Origin: Hormiphora californensis
Lineage: Eukaryota > Animalia > Ctenophora
Reading direction: 5' to 3'
Assembly: GCA_020137815.1 (NCBI GenBank)
Contig: CM035356.1
Coordinates: forward strand, 1,364,001 to 1,428,000
DNA: 64,000 bases
The notes beneath the pieces are model-generated. The model was not told the origin of the DNA, did no database searches, and worked only from the letters and a program-made list of their open reading frames with translations. Of the stretch, positions 53,501 to 64,000 are shown piece by piece (the first letter of the stretch is position 1; each line of letters begins with the position of its first letter). A program made the translations under genes and the position numbers.

Positions 53501-56500
53501 AGTATCGAAAGCTGCGCTCATGTCCAAGAGCATGAGTGCCGCACTTTCCCAGAATCAGTTCTCTCAGCAAGTCTCAAACATTCCAGCCAGGAGAGTCTCG
53601 CAGCTGTGACCAGTACGGTAGCCCGACTGATTGGCATTCAGTAAGTCATTTTTCTGTAGATAGTCATTCATTTGATTCAATACCACCTTTTCCAAGACTT
53701 TTGAAACAAAGCAATGTTGACACAGGGCGATAGTTGGCAAGAAATCTCTATCTCCTCGATTCTTTGTTATCGTTGGCATGACAACTGCCTCTGCAGGGGC
53801 TCAGGTACTGAAGCTCTGCACAGTGACTTGTTAATGATAGTCGTTAACGCAGGCGCCAACTCCTCTAGACAATCCTTCACCAGCCACGTTGGAACTGGAT
53901 CTAGATCACACGACTTAGATGACATCTGCTTCACAATGTGAACAAGATCTTTCTGCGAGATCTCCTCAAACTGAGTCAGCTCACAATCAGGCCTTGATGA
54001 ACCACCACTTCCAGTTCCTCTTACATCTTCACCACTCACACCTCCTCTTCTAGTTCCTCTTACATCTTCACCACTCACCCCACTTCCTGTTCCACTTACA
54101 TCTTCACTACTCCCACTTCCAGTTCCACTTACACCTTCACCACTCACACTGCCACTTCCAGTTCCAATCATGAATACTGACACTTTGAATAAAGTATTGT
54201 TTAACAACCCTACTACAAGAAAGTACTTTATTGGAACTTTTCCGGCTTGTGCCCCTATTCGTTCTCGTAAAAAGACTTATGGATTTATTACAAACACTGA
54301 CCGCCATGATAGACCAGGGCAACATTGGTGTGCTTGGTGGATTCAAGATGGAAAAGCCTTGTTCTTCGACTCATTTGGACGGCCACCCACCCACGATTCC
54401 TTCCCTAGGGATTTTTATAAGTTATCACGTAATTATAACAGCTGTAAGTATATTCCTCGGGCTGTGCAATTGGTGGGTACTACAAGTTTGGACATTTTTG
54501 TGCACATTTTATGTATGAAATGAGTTCCAAGAAAAGAGTGGATCGCTTCTTATCGTGGTATAAAGATTTGAAAACAATGATGAGATTGTTCGTGCCAAGT
54601 TTAAACGCTTTAAACACGGGTTTTACTGTTAGAGAAAAAAAAAACTAATCACAACACACCGTCTTCAAAAACTCAATGTTTTTCCCACTGTTCTAAAATA
54701 GCAACAAAGTCTTTTGTATAGTCCATAAAGAGTACCTTGATATCCGCAACCGATTTTCGGTTTACCAGCTGTATTATCTTGCGTTGAGTTGAACTTAGTC
54801 GAGAATTTTGAAAACCCACTGGAAACGATACCATAGTGTATGCCAATAAACAGTTTTTTGATCGCTTTAAGGTATTGGTGTTTTGAACCTTTCCAACTGT
54901 TTGCCATAAGGAGTCGATGAACCTCGAGAAAGTCAGCTATTTTGTTTGGATAATATTGACTCGGAAAACTCTTTGCTCGGTGTGTCCCTTTCTTTAACCT
55001 GCTTTTCGAAAATTGATATCCGCTCCAATGATCTCGACATTCGCTTGCTTTTTGCCGATAATCGTTTCAAATCTATGGATCTGAAAATCCTTCATTTTGA
55101 AATCTTTACAAATTCCTCTTTGTCAACATCTGTGTAGGGAACATCTGTGTGGTCCAACAAAACTCGAGTATGAGAGCGGTGATAGAATTTCGACAGAAAA
55201 CGAGATATCATGATGATGGAAATGGCAACAACACGAAGACTCTGCTTTTATGCTATTTTACGATCACACTATCCTTCTTATATCCTCTTCGTTGGATATT
55301 ACATTGTGCATCAGGTGTTTTCTCATGATGATACACTTTTGAACTTACTGGACGCTTTATTGGCACTTTCTGTTAGAAATACATCTCCCACATAAAGTCT
55401 GCTTCCAATAGCCGCGCTGAATTAGCAATACCGCAAAATTGATGGACTCGCAGATTTCAAACATCAGCCTCAAGCAAGTGCATCATACGTGTGTCGCAAT
55501 AGATCATAAATAGAGGATAGAGAATCACACATTGATCCATCATCTGAATCAGAAATATCAACTTGACGAGACTCTGCCATGATTGGAAATGGAGAGCAAA
55601 TGTATTCTACTCTTATATACCCATCTTCATGTCAACCATTTTTCCGAATTATTCTAAAGTTTAGCCAAGCGAAACTTTCTCCTTTGACGTTTTCTTTTCG
55701 GTCTTGCATATCTTGTTATAGCTGCATTGGGTCTATATGTCTGAATCATGTTTTCTGCTCCAGCCCTAGCTGCTGTTGCCACCCCTTTGATGGCTGAACT
55801 TAGGATCGGAAGAGCACCACGAAATATAGAAGCGAGGAAACCACCTATTCCTTCTCCATTCTGTGTATACACATAATATCCATCACTATTATAACCAGAT
55901 CCGTGTTGGTTAATTATGCGAGAGTATGCAGCAACGTTTTTGTAGTCAACTTCTTCCATTTTGAGAATCACTAGTTTGCCAGCTATTTATAGTGGGCTGT
56001 GGTGCTCAACTTTTTGTCTATGATGTTCGATATTGTTCTGTGGTGCTCAACTTTTTGTCTATGGTGCTCGATATTGTTCTGTGGTGCTCAACTTTTTGTC
56101 TATGGTGCTCGATATTGTTCTGTGGTGGTCAACTTTTTGTCTATGGTGCTCGATATTGTTCTGTGGTGCTGTAGTTTTTGACTGTGGTGCTCAATTTTGT
56201 CGGTGGTGCTGTACTTTTTGGATGTGGTGCTGTACTACGTTTGCCAGCTATTTATTTGTACTTTTTGACTGTGACGTTGTTCTTTTGTCTATGGTGCTGT
56301 ACGTTGTATTGGGGCTATGTCGCTCTACTTTTTTTTTATGCGAGAGTATGCAGCAACGTTTTTGTAGTCAACTTCTTCCATTTTGAGAATCACTAGTTTG
56401 CCAGCTATTTATAGTGGGCTGTGGTGCTCAACCTTTTTGTCTATGATGTTCGATATTGTTCTGTGGTGCTCAACTTTTTATCTATGGTGCTCGATATTGT

Positions 56501-58177
56501 TCTGTGGTGCTCAACTTTTTGTCTATGGTGCTCGATATTGTTCTGTGGTGCTCAACTTTTTGTCTATGGTGCTCGATATTGTTCTGTGGTGCTCAACTTT
56601 TTGTCTATGGTGCTCGATATTGTTCTGTGGTGCTGTACTTTTTGGATGTGGTGCTGTACTACGTTTGCCAGCTATTTATTTGTACTTTTTGACTGTGACG
56701 TTGTTCTTTTGTCTATGGTGATGTACGTTGTATTGGGGCTATGTCGCTCTACTTTTTGGGTTGTGTTGCTCAACTCTCCTCTAGAGTTTATTTACTTGTA
56801 TTAATTGGTTTCCTTTTTATAACACTCCCACCACTATTTATAGCAAGCTATAGTGAATGGAAAAAATATGGACGAATTTCTGCAAACGTACCCGAATATC
56901 TCCATGATCTGTACCGTGAAAACGGTTCACGATTCGGAAGATTTGTAAGTAGCAAGCTAAGGATGTCTACCATTTTCCAGTTTTACCGAGTGATAAAATT
57001 GCTCACAAAGTGGACGAAGTCTTAAACAATATATAAAATGATATCAAAATAAATGTTAGATTCGGTTCTGCTTGATCCAAGAAATACTGGTGAGATCAAG
57101 TTTTCTCGTCCTTCAAACAACCCTAATGTATTTGACACCGCGAAGCTAGTATCTCAATGTGACCCAAAGGACGTTCAGAGAATTAAGGAAAACATTGGGT
57201 GGGATGATTTGATAGAAATAGCGCATAATTCAAGAGATTCACCAGCTTGGAGAGTAGAGGCAATCGTCTGTATTGAATTTGATGTAACAAAAATATACTT
57301 AACAAATGTACTATAATTATGTTGCAATATCAATAGACATTGGAAAACTAGCTGTACGTTGTTGGTAGCTGTATTATTATTAAACGTTAACTAAAAAATG
57401 TGTTTGATTTGTATGGGTAGGGAATGGTTTTCTCTGGCATCTGTGGTGGTCAACTTTTTGACTATGGTGCTCAAATTTTATCTATGGTGTTGTACTTTTT
57501 GGCTGTGGTGCTGTACTTTTTGTCTATGGTGCTCAACTTTTGTCTTTCGTTCTGTACTTTTTGGCTGTGGTGCTGTACTTTTTGCCTATGGTGCTCAACG
57601 TTGTCTGTGGTGTTGTACTTTTTGGTTGTGGTGCTCAACTTTTGTCTGTGGTGCTCAACTTTGGCTGTGTTATGTACCCTGACAGCCAAACGTAAGTACG
57701 CTTGGCTGTCAGGATCAAACATGTTTTCTCTATAGTGATCCTTATCCCTTGTCTGCCAACTGTTTTGACATAATTAATCATGTATGGTACTTTTGGCTGT
57801 GGTGCTGTTCTTTTTTGTTGTGATGAACTTGTGAACTAATATTTAAATCCGTGTTTCGAAAAGTTGGCAAGCGCAGGATTCGAACCACGGACTTGGAGAG
57901 TGAAAGCGGTTATGCATCACTCACCAACTTTACTAAAATATTTAGTCCCAAAAATAACCCGTTTCCCCCAGCTCAACTTAGAAATTCTATCCTTTTGAAG
58001 CAAAGAATGTGAGAGTGAAAGTGATGATGAGTATGTTTTTTATTTAATTACCCCTTACCCCTTTTTTTACTCTTTATTCGGTTTACTTTTGGCTGTATGA
58101 AAACGGCAACGACACGCGCTTTCTCCGGTTGACTTCCATGAGCATAATAATATTCTCTCTCTCTCTCTCTCTCTTCT

Positions 58178-58231
<54 letters not shown>

Positions 58232-59435
58232 GTCTCTCTCTCGATCCTCACCGCACGTACGTCATAAGTGACATGCGGTTGAGCACAGTGATGTCATAAA
58301 TTATGAAAATTAATTATCATAATTGCATGAATTAATTTGATTACATCGTGCTTACATCATAATCACGTAATCTGCAGTTGAACGCAATCATGTGACGTCA
58401 TGAATCACGTGACTGTGAAACGAGGCCAGTCACGTGACCATGAAACGAGGCCAGTCACGTGACTGTCCTAGTTTCACAGTTTTCCAACTACTAACATCAT
58501 TTTAATTGATAGGTGATATTTCCCTCATTCGGAAAGCTACAGTTAAATTTATAGCAGCTAATAAATTAGTTGCATTATGAAATATGATATTATATATCTT
58601 TGCAGTCCTGAGATTAAATCCCTCTCCGTGTGTAGATACTGAGTTTCCTGGTGTAGTGGCGCGACCTTGTGGGGAGTTCCGATCTCAGAATGACTACACC
58701 TACCAGCTACTGAAAGTGAACGTTGACATGCTCAAGATTATACAGCTAGGTATAAAACTTTTCAACACTACTTTAAACAAATTAATTTGAGCACTGATGA
58801 GCGGAATGTTACATTCTGTGAAACATATGTTTGCACTTTGCGTAAATCTCCGTGTTTCATTTCTACTAGGTATAACAATGATTGTTATAATTTGCGTTAC
58901 CTGCACTTCTTAAGGAATCATGCCATACAAGGCCTTGTGAGCAGAATCTAAATATTTAACCGGCGGAGAGTGGAGAGAATGATCGAGAGAGAGAGTGGAG
59001 AGATAAAGAGAGAGAGATAGATAGTGGTGAGAGATAGAGAGTTGATAGTTAGTGAGTGAGCGAAAGAGGGAGAGAATTGAGAGTTGCGAGATAGTGAATC
59101 AGCGAGAAAGAGTTGAGAGGGAGTAAACGGTTGGTTAGAATTTGCTCGCTAAACAAATCGCAGGAGCTTAATACGTTGCATTGTGGACGACCTTAAATGT
59201 CAAAATGATTCTCGAATAGAAACTTCCTCCCTGGAATTGAAATTACCCATTAAAATGGGGGGGGGGGGGGTAAATACCGTCATTCTCTCGCTGATTATAA
59301 TAATCGCGAGAATGATTTATGTATTATGCCAAAAACTAACAGAAATTAGTTGGCTGGAAAGGTGACCACTTTTGTTGTCAAACTGACACCTTTGCCCTCT
59401 CCGGGTTTCATCATTATCTTTCCCTCTCTGATTTA

Positions 59436-59507
<72 letters not shown>

Positions 59508-62500
59508 AAAACTCCCTGATTAACCCCCTGATTTACCCCATCGATGATATCCGTAACCCGGGCCGGGCAAAGGTGTCAGTTTGACAACAAAAGTGGTCAC
59601 CTTTCCAGCCAACTAATTTCTGTTAGTTTTTGGCATAATTGGGGTATATTTTTGGTATTTTCTGATGTGAAACACAATGTAAGACATGTCTGGACGTAGC
59701 AGAACGTGTAAAGACCGTCAGAAATCGCTAAAATACGAAAATTTCAATTTTGACGTCATTGTGACGTCATAGCGTGACGTCACGACGTTATAACGTCATG
59801 ATAGGGAAGTCTTATTATCAGGCTCATCTAGATAAAGAGGCTGACCAAGTTTGAGATCGATTGGACAAGATTTGAGGTCGCTATGGCGAAAAACGCATTA
59901 TCGTCATATCTATTTTCATACAGTCTTAACACTTCAGACGCGATTTGAGACCCTTAAAAATAGAGTTTCACAAATTCGCAATATAGTTTCTGAAAGTTTG
60001 GACGATTATCTTTCATAAGTGTGGTCTCCGTTTTTCAATCAGAAACCGTCTTCAGGGTGTAAATTGAGCTCAAAGAAGTTTGGTTAGTTCGAAAAATGTC
60101 TTATCTTTATGACAGTTTGTTAAGACGTTCTGGTTGGATCTAGAACATGAAAACTATTCGTCTACACAATTCAAACGATTATCTTTCGAATGAAACAAAC
60201 GAGAAGTGTCTATCTTATGTCGTTTTCTCTTAAAAACGATTATAAATTTGGTAAAATAGCGTCTATCCATACATAGATAGATAGATACATAGATAGATAG
60301 ATACATAGACCCGGGACACTTATTGCTTTTTTCACGATGCCATATCTCTAAAACTAAAAGAGATAGAGACTTGCCCTTTTAAACTACAGTAGATCTAGAC
60401 TATATGACAATGTATACCAAATTTCAGGCTGATTGGTACAGTGGGGGCCTCGCTACGGGCGTCGAAAAATGCCATTTTTGGCTAAAAACTGAAAAAAGTT
60501 ATTACTGCATTCTGGCACGCGCGGCTGGGGGGAGGGGATGGTCACCTTTGCGCTTGCCAGCGCAGTGATAATCCCCCACAGGAATTACGCTAGCGGATGA
60601 GCAAGGGAAGCACCCCAAGGGTCCCTGTACCTGGCAGTTCAACTTCAAGTTTAGTCTCCAAGATGATATGTTCGCCCAGGACTCGATAGACCTGCTTAAC
60701 CGATCGGGTATCCAGTTCAAACGGCACGAAGATGAGGGTATTGATGTCCAGGACTTTGCTGAACTGCTCATTCCTTCCGGTCTTATCTTGGTTGATGCCC
60801 ATTTTGTCAGTTTCCATTCTCTTTACGATTTCGGTTATCTTCTGAAGATATTAACTAACAGGCCAATGCCAAATGAAGAAGAGGTATTTACTAAAACACT
60901 AGCGATATTTGTGTACATAATCTTAAATCAGCAATTAACAATTTTATACAATCGAATTTTGGTTAAATTTCCATAATTTGAATTGGATGTAACCTCAACG
61001 AGAGTGATAACTTAATTAAACCTTGGGGGGGGGGGGCTGCCTCAAAAATCTCATTAAAGGGCCTAAAAACCCAAATTTTATTTATTTATTTTGAACACTC
61101 CATCGTAACAGGCATGCTATTGGAGTCCCAAAAAACATAGGTACACGCCACACGGGCCCCAGGTGAGCCCCTCAAGTTGGGGCCCATTTGGGGTCCCCTT
61201 GTAAACGCGCTTGTACTCCTTGAAATGCTAACAATATGATCCTCTCTCAAATATAAAATTTAGGATAGAAACTATCCTTGTGTTTTAGTAGATTTCATAA
61301 TCTTTCTCATCAATTATTATTTAAGCCTATCAAAACTAGGAGAAAAATTACCAGAATACAGAGACAAGAAAGATTATGTACTCACCTGAAACACAAGGCT
61401 AAATTTTACGCAAAAGTTAAAATTTCAGAGAGGATCATATTGTTAGCATTTCAAGGAATACAAGCGCGTTTACAAGGGGACCCCAACTGACCCCAACTTG
61501 AGGGGCTCCCCCTGGGCTCACATTGGGCGGGTGGAGCGTGTACCTATGTTTTTTGGGACTCCAATAGCATGCTTGTTACGATGTAGTGTTCAAAATAAAT
61601 AAATAAAATTTGGGTTTTTAGGCCCTTTAATCTCACGCTTTTTGGCCTAAACTCGAAAATCTCAAAACTCTCAGCTACCTTGAAAATCGCCAATGAGGCA
61701 TGAGATTCTTGCGGCAGCCCCCCCCCCCCCAAACCTTTCACAACACCTACAAATACATTTCTGCAGGAGTTTTTCGACCTTCTCACCATGTACTTCCCCA
61801 CTGTATACGACATTAAGTATCTCATGAAGAGCTGTAAAACACTCAAGGGCGGACTCCAGGTATAAAGCACTTAACTGTATAGTGGGGGTTTTGATTTAAT
61901 CAAAGTTTGATAGGATTTTGCGACTTGCGTCACAGTTTAAATTCAACTTTATGCTTGAGATTATTTTGAGTTTTGACAAATCGAATGCATGGTTGTTAAA
62001 TTATTCTTGGAGGAGAGGGCCAGAGGGAGGTGCTGCAGCAATTAACCTGCCAACTGCCATGTTCTGCAATTTTAGCAGACACTCTTCTTCAAAGAAGTAG
62101 AAGCGGTGCTTTCACACGTCCCAAATATTGCACAACGTCTTAAAATGTTCCATATTTGGTAATCTTTACATAAACGTTTATTTTGTTTCCTCCTTTAAAA
62201 GTTCCATTTCTCTAGGAGACGGCAGACAGTTTGGAGATAGAGAGGATAGGATCTCAACATCAAGCTGGATCAGACAGTCTCCTAACATCTTCTACATTTT
62301 TCAAGGTATGTTATTACTTATTTCCCCTTTCACTTCTCCGTCACCATTTCTTGAATACTTTACCCTACTGATAAGAATTCTGCAACAACGTGCACAATAC
62401 ACACCTAACACCCCCGCATCTAACGACGGCTCTCTCTTCCACCCCAGATGCGCCACATGTACTTTGAGGACTGCATTGACAATGAAAAGTACAGCGGACG

Positions 62501-62606
62501 ATTGTACGGTCTGGGAGGGTGTCTGATGCCCCACAGTCAACTGGAGAACAGGCATCACGGTCAAATGGTCAACCATAACGATCCAGAGACTACAATTTGT
62601 GCTTAG
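50069..62606 (+). CDS. CNOT7: CCR4-NOT deadenylase CAF1 (CNOT7/8)
   Basis: Exons 50069-50189, 58636-58749, 60582-60883, 61767-61859, 62216-62305, 62448-62606: [71 protein letters not shown] catalytic residues intact. Confidence 0.96.
50760..50837 (+). ncRNA. tRNA-Glu-like Pol III cassette inside the left Polinton TIR (mirror copy ~57859-57930, - strand)
   Basis: A-box-like TGGTCGAGTGA (50768), CTTTCAC anticodon-loop-like motif, B-box GGTTCGAATCC (50810), TTTT at 50834. Stems are imperfect, so not a canonical tRNA. Confidence 0.5.
52045..54167 (-). mobile_element. 5'-truncated L2/CR1-group LINE (RT pseudogene) inserted in the Polinton
   Basis: [50 protein letters not shown] and FKSKLKT motifs with frameshifts. 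It carries a TTAA-flanked ~150-bp insertion at ~53015-53163. The 3' boundary is approximate. Confidence 0.9.
54170..54631 (+). pseudogene. Polinton adenovirus-type cysteine protease (adenain), frameshifted
   Basis: [22 protein letters not shown]. The CGHFC motif is disrupted by a frameshift at ~54485 (GHFCAHFMY continues in another frame). Confidence 0.88.
55654..55959 (-). CDS. Polinton small virion-type protein (QxGxG sites, amphipathic helix, basic tail; adenovirus pVI/pX-like)
   Basis: [46 protein letters not shown]. Confidence 0.65.
   Translation of the reverse strand: MEEVDYKNVAAYSRIINQHGSGYNSDGYYVYTQNGEGIGGFLASIFRGALPILSSAIKGVATAARAGAENMIQTYRPNAAITRYARPKRKRQRRKFRLAKL
55916..56757. 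repeat. 422-bp tandem duplication containing 41-bp minisatellite arrays
   Basis: The block starting ATGCGAGAGTATGCAGC occurs at 55916 and 56338. The unit TGTGGTGCTCAACTTTTTGTCTATGGTGCTCGATATTGTTC is related to the ~20-bp repeats in the TIRs. Confidence 0.9.
56857..57316 (+). pseudogene. Remnant resembling the N-terminal region of Polinton protein-primed PolB
   Basis: [48 protein letters not shown] resembles a conserved motif I recall upstream of the Polinton PolB core. No polymerase motifs follow. Confidence 0.45.
58756..58865 (+). mobile_element. 110-bp SL + hammerhead-ribozyme-like insertion with a 10-bp TSD
   Basis: TSD CTAGGTATAA at 58746-55 and 58866-75; SL 58756-91; CTGATGA 58794-800; stem II GCGGAATG/CATTCTGT; GAAAC-ATAT-GTT. 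Confidence 0.8.
59323..59639. mobile_element. MITE with ~70-bp perfect TIRs around a (CT)n core
   Basis: ATTATGCCAAAAACTAACAGAAATTAG...CTAATTTCTGTTAGTTTTTGGCATAAT. Confidence 0.8.
61025..61730. mobile_element. Foldback MITE with poly-G/poly-C ends and a 7-bp TSD in CAF1 intron 3
   Basis: AAACCTT|G12CTGCC...GGCAGC13|AAACCTT, with long imperfect inverted arms. Confidence 0.8.
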
Positions 62607-63130
62607 GGGGATAGGGGATTTAGGAGGGGATAAGGTGGGTTTAGGGGGTGGATTAGGTGCTTTTCAAGGTAGGGTCGCGTGAACTGGAAGATATTTTATG
62701 ATATACTAGCCACTATGCGTTATTTGAGGACCGGAAACAAGGAACGTACATTATACATACATGATATAGGTACAACCTTGGAGATGTTGTGAGGAGAGAA
62801 GCTTTTGACCGATCGGACGCAGGCGTTTGAACTTCAAGGGTGTCTAGAAATATCTATAGGAGTAAGATAAGATTGGGAAACATGGTCAAAGAATAGAAGT
62901 GGTTTAATAACAGGCCTATTTTTATTTACTAATTTGAAAATTGTTAATCTCACGAAATTATATGTTTACAAGAAAACCCATACCAATGTTTTACTTTCAG
63001 ATTTATATCCTTCCTACCGTTACTTCCTCCAAATTCTATCCTTCCGCGATAACTTACCGTTTCTATAAAACTCTGAAGTTGCTCGGTCGCATAAAGACCT
63101 GTCTCTTTATATTTCTCTCTACTTCAGGTG

Positions 63131-64000
63131 ATGACGATTAAAGATGGGGAGGTGTTCGAATTGTTCCAGATTCTCATTAAAACAACCGATACTTCTGATA
63201 TCACAGAGACAATTACATCAAACACAGCCACTTATCTCTCCGCTCGACCACCAACAACGTTATCTCAAGAACACACCGACTTTGTTGGATGTTGTCTCGA
63301 TTCCCTATCCCTTTTACGCCTCCCAACAGAGCCTGATTACGCGATATCAGTTTCCGAACAATCGACAATGACCCAACTATTGGAGTTGATAGCAGGGTTT
63401 GGTGTTTCAGAGTGGTGCGACAAGGGTGTTGCTCCTTTATCAAATAATAACCACTGCCGGGAAGTATCGAGACTAATGAGTTCTGCAGAGAAGAATGACA
63501 GGTTGGTTCATTTTATAAGCACCCTGATGCCTTTAGCAAGAAACAATTTCTTCAGCTACATAGTGCTTCCTTCCTCTCTCGGTTTTCTAATCGCTGCTTG
63601 TATTCAAGTCCTTTACGGTCCCCATAATCCTACTCGTCTGCAACGAATCTCCAAAGATGCGTCAGAAATAGCAAAATCCGAGTCAATCGATTTAGAAACG
63701 TTGAAGGCCACCCTCGATGAACTTCTATACCGATGCCCCAAGGCGGTGCCTGCGTTAGTTAACCTCCAGCTACCCAAAGGGAAGGACCCGCCACCACGGT
63801 GGTTGTTGGCGGTTACGAATGATCTGATGAGGCTACAGGTGACCAGACCGAATGGAGTTGTAAATGTCACACGAGCACTGTTCGAGCACTTTGGAAGTGT
63901 TCTTGCCCATGAGGATCAGGGATTTTGTGACAAAGTGTCCAGTGTTATCCTCAGTCCACCACGCAAGGACCCAGATGTTTTCATTGCCAATATAGCTGAT
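63131..64000 (+). CDS. TANGO6: TANGO6/Rtp1-like HEAT-repeat protein, 5' part (runs off window)
   Basis: Open frame MTIKDGEV..ISVSEQSTMTQLLELIAGFGV..GVAPL..LIAACIQVLYGP..PPRWL..LMRLQVTRPNGVVNVTRALFE..CDKVSSVI. Confidence 0.75.
   Translation, partial: MTIKDGEVFELFQILIKTTDTSDITETITSNTATYLSARPPTTLSQEHTDFVGCCLDSLSLLRLPTEPDYAISVSEQSTMTQLLELIAGFGVSEWCDKGVAPLSNNNHCREVSRLMSSAEKNDRLVHFISTLMPLARNNFFSYIVLPSSLGFLIAACIQVLYGPHNPTRLQRISKDASEIAKSESIDLETLKATLDELLYRCPKAVPALVNLQLPKGKDPPPRWLLAVTNDLMRLQVTRPNGVVNVTRALFEHFGSVLAHEDQGFCDKVSSVILSPPRKDPDVFIANIAD

Larger units (their letters stand above)
50199..58492. mobile_element. Non-autonomous Polinton/Maverick in CAF1 intron 1
   Basis: AGTAGT...ACTACT termini, 6-bp TSD AACATC (50193-98 and 58493-98), ~1.05-kb TIRs (50199-51250 and 57427-58492), internal adenain-type protease. 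Confidence 0.93.

Noticed and set aside
55997-56640. CRISPR-like array
   Set aside because: Tandem 41-bp minisatellite without unique spacers, eukaryotic context, no cas genes. The same applies to 7615-7760 and 51030-51240.
55992-57735. Hydrophobic Cys/Trp-rich ORFs in Polinton repeats
   Set aside because: Open in several frames because of repeat composition; not credible proteins.

Overview
Eukaryotic, intron-rich, transposon-rich DNA, most likely from a ctenophore (Pleurobrachia-like). That assignment rests on three genomic copies of a sequence matching the ctenophore spliced leader (SL) as I recall it, plus two short repeat families I recognise from Pleurobrachia; it was not checked by search. 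Host genes: an uncharacterised gene (-), a secreted Ig+VWD protein, a broken multi-PDZ gene, a 5xSH3 SH3D19-like adaptor, a tetraspanin, a secreted Cys-rich/NTR-domain protein with a BTB gene nested antisense in one intron, an SNX22/24-like PX protein, an acidic NOL7-like protein, a MIPOL1-like protein, an intronless bHLH-PAS, CAF1/CNOT7 and the start of a TANGO6-like gene. Mobile DNA: an 8.3-kb non-autonomous Polinton/Maverick (AGTAGT ends, 6-bp TSD, ~1-kb TIRs) in CAF1 intron 1, itself hit by an L2/CR1-type LINE; a 7.7-kb TAC..GTA element with a 6-bp TSD holding a nest of MITEs and a CRE-retrotransposon fragment; and many foldback MITEs. Top findings: (1) three unrelated retro-insertions each start at the SL, are 5'-intact and have no poly(A); (2) one is a 110-bp SL + hammerhead-ribozyme-like mini-element with a 10-bp TSD that duplicates a CAF1 splice donor; (3) the Polinton TIRs carry a tRNA-Glu-like Pol III cassette. 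Exon boundaries were read by eye and may be off by a few bases.
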